Positions 21,371 through 31,328 of a stretch of DNA of 64,000 bases are shown here, piece by piece. Source of the DNA: Nematocida ausubeli. Taxonomy: Eukaryota. The notes under the pieces are model-generated. The model saw only the letters and a program-made list of their open reading frames with translations, was not told the origin of the DNA and did not search any database. Within the stretch, counting starts at the first letter, position 1. Each line of letters opens with the position of its first letter. The position numbers and the translations under genes were made by a program. The DNA lies in contig NW_026515637.1 of NCBI RefSeq assembly GCF_000738915.1, positions 372,001 through 436,000 of the forward strand. Direction: 5' to 3'.

Positions 21371-23098
21371 TCACACATAATTACTCTCTGCTTCATCTGT
21401 GAAGAATTCATCATCCCCTTCTTCTTCCCCTACTGCCCCTTCATCGCCCTCTTCCTTGTCTAATTCCTTACTAAAACCTATCTTAATTGAATTCTCAGAT
21501 ACAGTTAGACTAGGCATAACCCGATTTAACCCAAGATAACCTGATTTAACCTGAAAATAATCTGACTGCAAATTTCTAAGGATAATTTGAATATCAGGAA
21601 TATCCCGTATATATTCCATGTATACAAATGACTCTTCCATGAATTGCACAGTAATTAGTTCTCCTGTATATATACCCATGATAACCTTAAATATGCCAGA
21701 TATATTACCGTAATATTCTTGTATATATATCGATATAGAAGTGCATCTATTAATAAAACCGTTAATAAAATTATTTTCAAAAATTAAAAATAACGTACTT
21801 TCAGGTAAATTAACGGATAATTCCATATACACCATGGAAATACTTTCAGAAATAATTTGCACCCGGGTCTGCTGTGATAAATCAACTATTATTAGCTTAG
21901 GCATAGTAGTATGCATAATATCCTTTATGGCAGGTAAGGAATATATGCTTATTTCTACTTCATTGGCACTCTCCAGGATTTCACTCCAAAATGCCATTGT
22001 GCCATTTATTTCTTCATAGGAATCTGTGTGTATCTCTTCAATTTCATCAGAATTTATTAGCCTGAAGGCTTTAAAAACTCGATTTAACCCAGAACCTGAA
22101 ATAGCCTGATATACCCCAAGATAACCTGAATTAACAAACAGCATGTTAAAGTTATACAGGGATAATTCATCTACGGATGTATATACTTCCTCTAGGTCCA
22201 GGAATGCATTTTTATTGTATCTTGTGGGATTATTAATTATAAGGTGAATTTTGTTATTTCTTTCCGTTATATTATAGTACCACAAGAATTCATTAATGAA
22301 ATGTATATCTGTATCTGTGAATTTTGCTGTCTTCAGATTATCTGGTTGTAACCCTGTATAACCCGAGATAACCCTAAATAACCCGAAATAACCTGATATA
22401 GCCCGATTTAACCCGGCATAACCCGAGGTGTCATCATATACGGCAATATTGCAGCTGTGAAAGGAGAGGTACTGCAGGGGTTGAATGTACCTGATCGCTG
22501 TAAATATATTTATGGATCTGGTTCGGGTTTTGGTTATACCGGGTTTTGACAGATCTGCATTCCATGCGTAAGAAATATTATGGAATTTAAGTGCAGATAA
22601 AGATGGAATATTCTCTAAGGACAATGGAATATAGGACATATGCATGTTTTTTAGTTCTATCTCCAGAATATTCATATTTCTTTCTAAATTCACAAGGATA
22701 CTTTCTAATTTCTTCATAATCAGGTCATTTGTTGTTAAATCCAAAATATTTACCGTTTTTTCATGTTTTGATCCGGTTATGCAAATTTTTTGCCAGTTCC
22801 GAAAGGGTAACAAACTGAATTTTATTTCCCCAGGCAGACTAACTAGGTCTATTTCAATTGTGCTTGCATTAAATATGTTCTCTAACCTGTCTCCTTCATC
22901 CCCAGAATATGCTCCCTTAGCATATACGCACTCCAAGAATTCCTGCACCTCTTTAGTATGTGGATAGTATAAGGGTGCTACATAAGATGCATTTACGTTG
23001 TAAAATAGACTAAAATAAAAAGATAACCCGATATAACCCGAGATAACCCGGCATAGCCCGATATAACCCGGTATAACCCGAGATAGCCAGATCTTCAT
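21371..23098 (-). CDS. Hypothetical protein, possibly secreted and LRR-like, with repeat-derived 'SGYxGLxRVI' insertions and an acidic C-terminus
   Basis: 575-aa ORF; hydrophobic 'LSFYFSLFYNVNAS'; LRR-like 'ILEIELKNMHMSYIPLSLENIPSLSALKF' and 'LQYLSFHSCNI'. Confidence 0.6.
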   Translation of the reverse strand: MKIWLSRVIPGYIGLCRVISGYIGLSFYFSLFYNVNASYVAPLYYPHTKEVQEFLECVYAKGAYSGDEGDRLENIFNASTIEIDLVSLPGEIKFSLLPFRNWQKICITGSKHEKTVNILDLTTNDLIMKKLESILVNLERNMNILEIELKNMHMSYIPLSLENIPSLSALKFHNISYAWNADLSKPGITKTRTRSINIFTAIRYIQPLQYLSFHSCNIAVYDDTSGYAGLNRAISGYFGLFRVISGYTGLQPDNLKTAKFTDTDIHFINEFLWYYNITERNNKIHLIINNPTRYNKNAFLDLEEVYTSVDELSLYNFNMLFVNSGYLGVYQAISGSGLNRVFKAFRLINSDEIEEIHTDSYEEINGTMAFWSEILESANEVEISIYSLPAIKDIMHTTMPKLIIVDLSQQTRVQIISESISMVYMELSVNLPESTLFLIFENNFINGFINRCTSISIYIQEYYGNISGIFKVIMGIYTGELITVQFMEESFVYMEYIRDIPDIQIILRNLQSDYFQVKSGYLGLNRVMPSLTVSENSIKIGFSKELDKEEGDEGAVGEEEGDDEFFTDEAESNYV

Positions 23099-23153
23099 TC
23101 AGAAATAGTCTAGTAACCAGAATATATACTGCCCAGATATAAGCACCTATCAA

Positions 23154-23381
23154 TTACTCCCAGAAGGCATCCAATAGATTTAGTACATCATATTTGTGCA
23201 TATTCTTGGTCAAATATATCTTAAGGAATGGCCATAAGAATTTAACCTTCACTAGGTCAAGTATTTCTGGCTCACTAATGTGTTCATTTAAGACAATCCG
23301 CTTAACCTGCTGTTTTATATATAATCCTGTTATTATTTTGTTATTTCTAGCGAATTCTGTGTTGTTCTTAGTGCTCTTCAT
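23154..23381 (-). CDS. Small hypothetical protein (75 aa)
   Basis: ATG ORF in tandem with the 575-aa gene; non-repetitive, coding-like sequence. Confidence 0.4.
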   Translation of the reverse strand: MKSTKNNTEFARNNKIITGLYIKQQVKRIVLNEHISEPEILDLVKVKFLWPFLKIYLTKNMHKYDVLNLLDAFWE

Positions 23382-23479
23382 GTTATAACCCGATTATAAC
23401 CCGATTATAACCTGAATAATTAGATTTAATTAGATTTAATTAGTGTCATAGTATAATATTGTTTATATGGGATATAATT

Positions 23480-23900
23480 AATTTGTGTCATAAGTTTTAT
23501 AAGAGTGGATTAAGTCTTGTTACTTTGGGAATAAATTATAGTGAAGTGGAATAAATTGTGGTAATATGGATTAAGTTTTGTAATTGTGGATTAAGTTTTG
23601 TAATATGTGTCATAAGTCTTGTTACTTTGGGAATAAATTGTGGTAATGTGGATTAAGTCTTAACATTACGTACGTAATAAGCTCTTCTGCACACTAAGTG
23701 GATTAAGTCCTCACAAAGTATCATAAGTTCTGTCACCCTGCCATAAGTCTTGTCAGAGTGGATTAAGTCTTGTTCATCCCACAATAAAGTGTTATAAGTT
23801 CTGTAAGAGTGTAAATAGTCTTGTTCATCCCACAATAAAGTGGAAATAGTCTTGTCATTTTCAAGTAAAGGTGTAAAAAGTCTTGGTAAAGTGGATTCGG
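23480..23900 (+). repeat. Family A minisatellite array (~20 units)
   Basis: gtggattaagtcttg / gtcataagtc / ggaataaattgtgg units; internal duplication of 'gtcttgttcatcccacaataaagtg'. Confidence 0.88.
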
Positions 23901-24060
23901 GTTCGGGTTATATCCATAACCAGAATTACCCAAATATACACTAGATAACCACTAAATCACTACCAAATCACTACTAATATACACTAATACACACTAATAA
24001 CCCTCTTCCCCACTAATATACACTAATAATAGCATAAATCTGAATAATATTTTTCCAAAA

Positions 24061-24411
24061 ATGGTCTACCCTAATGCACCAGCACACGGCAAGAGAACCT
24101 CTCATGTAGGATACATCTCAGAATTATCCCCAGAGATAAGACTAACTACAACAAGAACCCAAATCACCCTTACACTCTCACAACCATTCCCATTAAAATT
24201 GCATAAATTCATAAGAATATTCGGGTCATCCAGAAATAATTCCTTCCTAACAGATTCCTTCATGGAAATATCCCAGCAAGAAGCCAATAATTTCCATCCC
24301 TTCAGGAAGTTAGTCAGGACATTCTACAGGAGTGAATTAAATTTAAATTTCAACAAAAAAATAAATGGAATTCCAAATGGACATGCAGAAACAGGCAATC
24401 TCCTTGGGTAG
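24061..24411 (+). CDS. Small OB-fold-like protein, possibly RPA3/Rfa3 (RPA14)
   Basis: 'GKRTSHVGYI...KFIRIFG...NFHPFRKLV' resembles the RPA14 layout; weak. Overlaps the 5' end of YIF1. Confidence 0.4.
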   Translation: MVYPNAPAHGKRTSHVGYISELSPEIRLTTTRTQITLTLSQPFPLKLHKFIRIFGSSRNNSFLTDSFMEISQQEANNFHPFRKLVRTFYRSELNLNFNKKINGIPNGHAETGNLLG

Positions 24412-25027
24412 TACATATATAAATAGGGCAGTCTCATTCAGTAAATTTGAAATAATCAAGAGATACTTTCAAATAGATAATTCTTATATATGCCATAAAT
24501 TAGCCATGATAATATACCCGTATACAACAGAGCAATGGTCATACACCACAGACAGAGACATAACAGGCGTACTAATTAGTCAGCCAGATATGTATATACC
24601 ACTTATGGCCATAATATCATATATATTATGTATATCCTGTGAGATGGAACTAAATAACACCTTTACTCCAACTGCCTTGGGTAATATTACTACAAAAGCA
24701 TTTCTAATGGGACTATTAGAGAGTGCTGTAATTAAGTCTGCTAGTTTCTTCTTTTATGCTAATATTAATATCACAGATATAATTGCATTTGTAGGATATA
24801 AATATGTGACAGTTATTCTGATTAGACTTATATCTTATATATGTAATATTATTATATCCAAGGTATCTGCAATTTATTTGACAGTTTCATTCTGTTTATT
24901 CTTAGGGCGCTCATTAAAGTGCTTTCTAATTTTAAATGAACATGAAATTCTGGTGAAGAAAAGGAAGATGTACTTTTTGTTTTTGATCGTATTAATGGAA
25001 GGTCTTTTCCTATTGCTCCTGAAATAA
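24365..25027 (+). CDS. YIF1: Yif1 family ER-Golgi membrane protein
   Basis: 'IKRYFQIDNSYICHKLAMIIYPY', 'PDMYIPLMAIISYIL', 'DIIAFVGYKYV', 'FLGRSLK'. Confidence 0.92.
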   Translation: MEFQMDMQKQAISLGSTYINRAVSFSKFEIIKRYFQIDNSYICHKLAMIIYPYTTEQWSYTTDRDITGVLISQPDMYIPLMAIISYILCISCEMELNNTFTPTALGNITTKAFLMGLLESAVIKSASFFFYANINITDIIAFVGYKYVTVILIRLISYICNIIISKVSAIYLTVSFCLFLGRSLKCFLILNEHEILVKKRKMYFLFLIVLMEGLFLLLLK

Positions 25028-25050
25028 ATGAATATTTTGTTTTTTTGTGG

Positions 25051-26136
25051 ATGAGAATATTTCAATGTACTCTGGTTATTTCTGTATATTTTGGGATATT
25101 TTGGTTAGGCAGGGTTATGGCCCAGATGGAAATGTATAATAACCTGGATATACGTAAATATCTAGGTATATTATGTACAGTAGGTGACTTCTCTAGGGTT
25201 GAAGTAGTGATTGAAACTGGGTGCCCAGAAATCATAAAAAGACAATTGAAAGAGTGCGGTGTACCATGTGATATAAGTAGTAGGGTGGATTCTAGTGAGA
25301 ATTCAGGACTAAGTGACTTTAGGGCAGAAATTGGTGAGAAAATTAAAATGACAGAGACAGTAGGTACTAAGACCCAAATAGAAGTGGATTTGAATACAGT
25401 ACTAGAGAGGTATACAGGATATAATGGGTCACCCATCTGGGAATATATACATAAGATATCTGGTAGTGATAAATTACTGACATTATTAGTAGGTGGTATT
25501 CATTCTTCTGTCTCTGTCCATGTCTGTGCATTCTATAATGCAGATCCAGTCAATAGAAGACTCTATATGAATTATAAATTAATGTCAGAGAAATTAAATC
25601 AGGAATATATAAGGGACTTAAGGAGAACAATGGATATCCTTATATCTTTAATTCCTGTTGTACTCCCAGATATATTTAGACTAGCTGAGTCAGAATATGC
25701 CAGGAAGACAGTTATTTCCTTAAGGAATTCCCTTCCTAATAGGAGATATGTATATAGTATGTATAATGTATCTGATGAGACAATTCAGAAGTGCAGTAGT
25801 ATATCTTACTTAATGGGGTGTGTTAGTTGCTTAAGGTGTAAGGTCTGGGGGAAAGTACAGATGGAAGGACTTAAGTGCGCAGTGAAATTATTGAGGAGAG
25901 CACAAGGTGCTTCCTTGGAGATAAGTGACTTTGAAGTAAAGTGCTTTGTGAATCTACTGAATAGACTGTCTATTTCAACCAGTCAGTATGCTAAGTACAA
26001 AGGAGACTTAGAGAAGTTCCAAAGGGAAGGACTCTTAAGACAAAACAGAAGGGAGAAGATTGTGGATGGAGTGTACTCCATGGTTGCATCACCACTCTTA
26101 ATGAAGGGCATGCACAAGGGACACAAGAAGGCATAG
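25051..26136 (+). CDS. ERO1: ER oxidoreductin 1 (Ero1), shortened
   Basis: Signal peptide; 'VDLNTVLERYTGYNG..IW', 'GIHSSVSVHVC', active-site CxxCxxC in 'MGCVSCLRCKVWGKVQMEGLKCAVKLL'. Confidence 0.9.
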   Translation: MRIFQCTLVISVYFGIFWLGRVMAQMEMYNNLDIRKYLGILCTVGDFSRVEVVIETGCPEIIKRQLKECGVPCDISSRVDSSENSGLSDFRAEIGEKIKMTETVGTKTQIEVDLNTVLERYTGYNGSPIWEYIHKISGSDKLLTLLVGGIHSSVSVHVCAFYNADPVNRRLYMNYKLMSEKLNQEYIRDLRRTMDILISLIPVVLPDIFRLAESEYARKTVISLRNSLPNRRYVYSMYNVSDETIQKCSSISYLMGCVSCLRCKVWGKVQMEGLKCAVKLLRRAQGASLEISDFEVKCFVNLLNRLSISTSQYAKYKGDLEKFQREGLLRQNRREKIVDGVYSMVASPLLMKGMHKGHKKA

Positions 26137-26339
26137 TAGTGAAGTCTATACGTGGTGAAGTGTATACGGAGGGAACGTAGTGAAATTCATGATGGTGTGA
26201 TTGAAGTGAACGAGTTTGCATGAATATAGTGAAATCCTGTTAGTGTGAAATTGTACAAAGTGCACTATTGTACATGAAACAAGTGAAATGTGAATGAAAT
26301 AAAGTTGTTTTGTTTATTGTTTGGTTTATCAAGATATAA

Positions 26340-26710
26340 TTAGACTAACTTTACTAGTATTTCTACTATTAATATTTCTAGTATACTAACTAGAGAAAAT
26401 ATTTCTAGTAGCAGTGTTCTCTGTATACTAGATAGACTAACTAGAGAAAATATTTCTAGTAGCAAAATAAAATATTTCTAGTAGAAGCAAATCCTGTATA
26501 CTAACTAGACTAAATTTACTAAATATTTATACTAGTAATATTTCTTGTATACTAGATAGACTAAAATTCAAAAGACACAAATCTCGTATACTAGATATAC
26601 TAACTAAACTAAATATTTCTAGTAACTAGATAGACCAACAATACTAAATATTTCTACTATTAATATCCCCTGTATACTAGATAGACTAGACTGACTAAAT
26701 ACTACTAGAC
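26340..26710. repeat. Low-complexity array (TACTAGA / AGACTAAC / ATATTTCTAGTA motifs)
   Basis: Repeated 'atatttctagta' and 'tatactagatagactaa' units. Confidence 0.7.
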
Positions 26711-26719
26711 GTGAATATA

Positions 26720-28516
26720 TCATGGCTCTATTAGGTCTGCCCTTTCTGGGTTTAGCATGAATCTCTTGAATGCATTTTGCTCAATTGACCCATTTGTTAC
26801 TACTTGCAGGGCATAGTGACTTAAGAATCTAAGGTTTTCTTCTATTAAGATCTTCTCCATGGGCATGAGTGTGAGTGCCCTGTAGAATAATGCACTGTGC
26901 TCCTTTCTGTTGTCTCTGGGCATCATTAGAACATATTTTGTGCTTAGTCTATGGATACCTTGTGGTATTTTATTATTAAACCTTCTGAATCCTTCACTCA
27001 GTAATAGTGCATGACTTAAGTTATTTTCAAATCTGTCCCTGAAGCACTCTATATTCTCAATGCACAAGAAGTGATTATTATCATGTTCTTCTTGACTTTT
27101 CGTTGTATTCTCAATTTCCATTAGGATAGATCTCCTGAATATTTCTTGTGCCTCTTCCATATCACTGGGTAGTGGCATAGGGAAGAGTTTTTTTGCTTTA
27201 ATTCTACTCTTTCTGCAGCAAGTGATTCTGCTTGTTTCTTCTGGTATATCACGGGTTTTATTCAGACTATGAAGTTTCTCGTATATCCATAGACCAGACT
27301 TTATTGCTGTGTATGTGAACTTAATTTCACACCCAAAGAAAAATAAGCCTTTGGAGCCTGCTGATTCTGCAATAAAATCATTTATCATGCTCTTACAGAC
27401 TGAACTTATAATTATCTTGCAGATAGGATGGATATCATGTGGGTCTGCATCCTTTATCCGTATTAAAGAGTCCTTTATATTTTCTGCCATTTTTTCTGTT
27501 AATTTCTTGACAACTACCCCTGGTGTAAGTAAGTCATATATTCTCTCTATCCCACTAACTAGACTATCCGGGTCAGCTGACATCTCAAAGATATCCTTAT
27601 CTAAATCTATCCCAAGTAGGGCTATTTTTTTTCTTGTTTTTTTATCCATCTCTACTAGATTATTATGCATATTCGCTTCAATACTCACTAATACCTTCAG
27701 TAATTGAATTATTATTTCAATGGTCTCTTTTTTATCCATATTATTCTTGAAGTACATTCCCTTATAGATTTCATCCCTTTCCTTGCAGATGTACTGTATT
27801 AGTTTGTTGAATCTTGTGGTTTCATTTGAGAAGATAATATTGACTATCTCTTTGCCCCCATCTACTACACGAGATATGTGCCATTTAAAGTCTATTTCAT
27901 CTTCTTGTGTTAGTGCATTGTCTTTCACTAGGCTCTTTATTTTTTCTATGAATTTATTTGTCTCTGGTGAAGAACTTTGTAGTTTTATTGTTTTTATGTC
28001 TGTATTTCTTTCTAGTACGGTAATTAGTCGGACAATTGGCTCTGTGCTTTGGCTTATTTGATTTAGATAATTTATGTGGATTTGCTCCCAGTTATTGAAT
28101 ATACTGTTGATCTCTTCTGTTTGAAAGATCTTTAAGAAGGCGCAATTTGATCTTAGTGTTTTAATGGATTTCTGCAGGGTTGTGTCTGTTTCGCCTACTG
28201 CTGGATGGTAGGATGTGAAAATTGATGACTTTCTGGAGGAAGTATTTGATCTTATGCTGCTCCTGCGGATTATTGATTCTCTTCCTCTGCCATTGCTGAG
28301 TTCCAGAAGGCGTGCATTTAGATCGTTAAAATCAAATGGCTGTGGCACACGGGCTGCATTATTTGCTGTTAGAAAACTGTTATTTCTGGTTATTGGTGCG
28401 CTGGGCCTGGGTATTTGACTGTTAGATCTTGTTAATTCCCCACTGGATGCTTTTGCATGGAATATTCTGAGGAGTAGAATAATTGCCTTGGGGGCAAGTA
28501 TTTTTATGGACTTCAT
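26720..28516 (-). CDS. Hypothetical secreted protein (~598 aa)
   Basis: ATG at 28516 with a CCC motif just upstream; signal-like 'MKSIKILAPKAIILLLRIFHAKAS', then a Ser/Arg-rich region and a helical body. Confidence 0.7.
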   Translation of the reverse strand: MKSIKILAPKAIILLLRIFHAKASSGELTRSNSQIPRPSAPITRNNSFLTANNAARVPQPFDFNDLNARLLELSNGRGRESIIRRSSIRSNTSSRKSSIFTSYHPAVGETDTTLQKSIKTLRSNCAFLKIFQTEEINSIFNNWEQIHINYLNQISQSTEPIVRLITVLERNTDIKTIKLQSSSPETNKFIEKIKSLVKDNALTQEDEIDFKWHISRVVDGGKEIVNIIFSNETTRFNKLIQYICKERDEIYKGMYFKNNMDKKETIEIIIQLLKVLVSIEANMHNNLVEMDKKTRKKIALLGIDLDKDIFEMSADPDSLVSGIERIYDLLTPGVVVKKLTEKMAENIKDSLIRIKDADPHDIHPICKIIISSVCKSMINDFIAESAGSKGLFFFGCEIKFTYTAIKSGLWIYEKLHSLNKTRDIPEETSRITCCRKSRIKAKKLFPMPLPSDMEEAQEIFRRSILMEIENTTKSQEEHDNNHFLCIENIECFRDRFENNLSHALLLSEGFRRFNNKIPQGIHRLSTKYVLMMPRDNRKEHSALFYRALTLMPMEKILIEENLRFLSHYALQVVTNGSIEQNAFKRFMLNPERADLIEP

Positions 28517-28689
28517 GTGGGTGGTCTGCAAAAATTTTATATAAATCAAGAGATGAAAGGGCAGTTAGTGCAGGGGGTGTCTAGGGAAGAGAATTTATTA
28601 TTGGGAGTATTTGGGTATATTTTGGTGTACTCTGGTGGGAGTGTTTTGAGTGTATTTTGGTGGAAGTTTTTGGGTTATATCGGGGTTAT

Positions 28690-28960
28690 TTGGTTGTAAG
28701 TGTATTTGCCGTTATGTTTTGGCTATATTCTGGTTGTAAGTAAGTGTATTTACCGTTATGTTTTGGTTATATTCTGGTTGTAAGTAAGTGAGTGTATTTA
28801 CCGTTATATTTCGAGGTTTTGTCGTTTTAAGTGAGTGTATTTATCGTTATGTTTTGGCTATAAATGGTTATAAGAGAGTGTATTTACCGTTAAATTCTGG
28901 CTATAAATAGTTATTTGAGCTATATTTGGGCTATATCCTGGCTATAATCTATTAAAATAG
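28690..28960. repeat. Degenerate ~40-50 bp tandem repeats (gtgtatttaccgttatgttttggctatattctggttgtaag)
   Basis: About 5 recognisable copies between 28698 and 28910. Confidence 0.7.
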
Positions 28961-29136
28961 GTTATTTATTGTGTTCGGGTTATATACATATACTCACAAA
29001 TAATCTGTAAGTATAAAATAAATCAGGTTATTTATTGAGTGTATGCTTTATTTCCGTATATCAGGATATAAAAGTATACATGACTAATTATATACTTCTG
29101 GCTATGACTAAAATACCACAAGAGATAACCTAATCC

Positions 29137-30834
29137 TTACACTCTTCTGTTATTCTTGTAGTTCTGCAGTGTTTTTGCGCCCACTAATTGCTTGTCAATT
29201 ATCTTTGACATAGATGGGTCTACAAATGATTTACACTCTGGCCGCACTGCTAGTACATTTGTGGCTATAAGGGAGAATGCAAGGGCAGTCTTCTTGCAGG
29301 TGAGTGGGTTAATGTGCTTCAAGAAGGACAAGTTGAAATCTACGCCCTGTGCAATTAAGTATTTGTAAATATCCAAGACAGCAACACTTTCCAGGTCCTT
29401 TTCCAGCCACTCCCCCAGGATTACTTCTACTTCTGCCTCTTTTTCGTGGTTCTTAGTCGATTCATCCTGCAGGAATTCAATCACTCTGTGACTATCTGGG
29501 AGTGCTTCAATTCTTTTTGTGACTGCCTCCAGGTTAATCGTGTCGTATACGAAGTACTTTGAAATATCCCTCTTTTTCTTCCCGGAGAAGTTCTTGTCCA
29601 AGAATTCTACTATCTCTGGGATGTATTCTGTCCCAAGATTATTTTCCTTTACGAAACCCAAGGCAACCTCCTCGTACTTGTCTGTTTTATCAAAGGATAG
29701 TGAATAATTTGCATTTCCTAACGTAATTGTGATTGTATGGTCTTTTTTCTTCTTTTCCACTGTGCTCCCAAATAGTTCCCACTCTCCATCCTTTAATTCG
29801 TACACTTTGTCATCTACCACTTTATACTGCGGTGAATTTCCTTGTTGCTCTGTGGGGTTTTGTGCTTCTGTCTTGTCTTTGGTTATTTCACTTTGGAGTT
29901 CTTCAAGTTCCTTCTGGCACTCGTATGACTGACTTGTTTGTGTCTCCCCGAAGACGTAGACCCTTCCATCTGCCCCGAGTGCGAATATTCTTCCGTCCTT
30001 TGAGACTGCACTCCAGCAAGAAAGTGTGGGCACTGCTATGCTAAAGAGACTCTCCAGCTTATTGTTCAGGATGTAGACCATCCCTTCGTCTGATGCCACA
30101 ATGTATCCTGTCTCTTTCTGTGCTGTGTATGGGTTTATTCGGAAACTTGTATTATTTAGGTCTACTTTATGAAGGACTCTTCCTGCTAGGTCTGCTACTA
30201 TGACTACGCCCGTGTTGGAGACGGATATATATTTGTTCTCTTCCATTATCATGTCACGAATGCATGTGGCGTGCAGGCGAATTCCCTTTGCTTGGGTGTA
30301 TTTTTGGTCGACCTTTTTCAGGGTTATGACTGACCCATCTATGCATCCTGCGAGTATCCTGTCTTGATTTGGGACCTTTTTTGCTGTCCACGCGACACTT
30401 TCTATTCGGATGATTTCTGCTGCGTGATTTTCTCTGAGAATTCCCAGAGTGCTGTCCCAGGACGTGCTTAAAACACCTTCTTCAAAGGCACTAAGAGAGC
30501 ACACATTATCTGTGTGCACCTTTTCCCGGCTAAGAATATTCATGGTCACATTCACTTCATTTTTTTCAGATTCATTTGTTTTTGCTTGGTCCACTGTCAC
30601 AGCGTACTTCACTATCTCGCCTGTCTGCAGTCCCGCATATAAAGTGCCTTTGTGGAAGCACATTGAATTTACTGCAGCCCCAAGGTCTTCAGATTCAGTG
30701 AGAGAAATAAGTTCTGGCACGGATGAAACCCGAATAACCCGATCCCTTCCTGCTGTAAAGAGCACATCCTCATAGATCACTCCATCCTTTATATCTGAAA
30801 TATGTATTTTCCTTAGAACTTGAATCTGCGCCAT
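29137..30834 (-). CDS. DOA1: Doa1/Ufd3/PLAA homolog (WD40 + PFU + truncated PUL)
   Basis: WD40 N-terminus ('HTDNVCSL', 'STSWDST', 'IAVPTLSCWS', 'GADGRVYVF') and PFU-like 'GEWELFG..KKDHTITI..FVKENNLGTEYIPEIVEFLDKN'. Start corrected to the ATG at 30834. Confidence 0.85.
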   Translation of the reverse strand: MAQIQVLRKIHISDIKDGVIYEDVLFTAGRDRVIRVSSVPELISLTESEDLGAAVNSMCFHKGTLYAGLQTGEIVKYAVTVDQAKTNESEKNEVNVTMNILSREKVHTDNVCSLSAFEEGVLSTSWDSTLGILRENHAAEIIRIESVAWTAKKVPNQDRILAGCIDGSVITLKKVDQKYTQAKGIRLHATCIRDMIMEENKYISVSNTGVVIVADLAGRVLHKVDLNNTSFRINPYTAQKETGYIVASDEGMVYILNNKLESLFSIAVPTLSCWSAVSKDGRIFALGADGRVYVFGETQTSQSYECQKELEELQSEITKDKTEAQNPTEQQGNSPQYKVVDDKVYELKDGEWELFGSTVEKKKKDHTITITLGNANYSLSFDKTDKYEEVALGFVKENNLGTEYIPEIVEFLDKNFSGKKKRDISKYFVYDTINLEAVTKRIEALPDSHRVIEFLQDESTKNHEKEAEVEVILGEWLEKDLESVAVLDIYKYLIAQGVDFNLSFLKHINPLTCKKTALAFSLIATNVLAVRPECKSFVDPSMSKIIDKQLVGAKTLQNYKNNRRV

Positions 30835-30868
30835 AACAAATAAAAAAATTCCAATTAAAACTAGAAGC

Positions 30869-31300
30869 ATGCAGACACAAAGGCCGCAGACGAATGAAGT
30901 AACCAATAGAATGCTTAAAGGAAAGGACGCGCACTACAGTCACTTGCTCCTGACATCTGTCAATGTGGTGGTTCTTAAATACGAAGACAAGTGGGTTCCT
31001 GCAGAGATTGAAGGAGCCATCCATTTATACAAGAGAAAGGCAATTCCATCGACGGGAATTCTTGTGCTTAACCGGAAGAAGCCACAGGACTTATACTTGG
31101 CAATAGATCACACGATATACGATATAGAGATATATGACAGGTTTATTATTGTAAAGATCCAGGAAAAGAAGGAGCTAGAAATATTCGGGTTATGGTTCTA
31201 TGATAAACACGCCTGCATGGAGACTGGTTTTATTTTAACAGACCAGCTGGAACTCTTAGAAAGATCAAAGAAATTATTAATGAAATGTAGAGCTGTGTAA
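30869..31300 (+). CDS. DCP1: mRNA decapping subunit Dcp1 (EVH1 domain)
   Basis: 'KWVPAEIEGAIHLYKR...GILVLNRK' and 'IFGLWFYDKHAC'. Confidence 0.88.
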   Translation: MQTQRPQTNEVTNRMLKGKDAHYSHLLLTSVNVVVLKYEDKWVPAEIEGAIHLYKRKAIPSTGILVLNRKKPQDLYLAIDHTIYDIEIYDRFIIVKIQEKKELEIFGLWFYDKHACMETGFILTDQLELLERSKKLLMKCRAV

Positions 31301-31328
31301 AGTGCAAATAAATAGCATATTTTGATGG

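Noticed and set aside
30835..30906. N-terminal TM extension of DOA1 (and similar GTG/TTG-start extensions of TFB4, VPS45 and others)
   Set aside because: Artefact of bacterial-style start codons in the ORF track; homology begins at downstream ATGs in T-run context.
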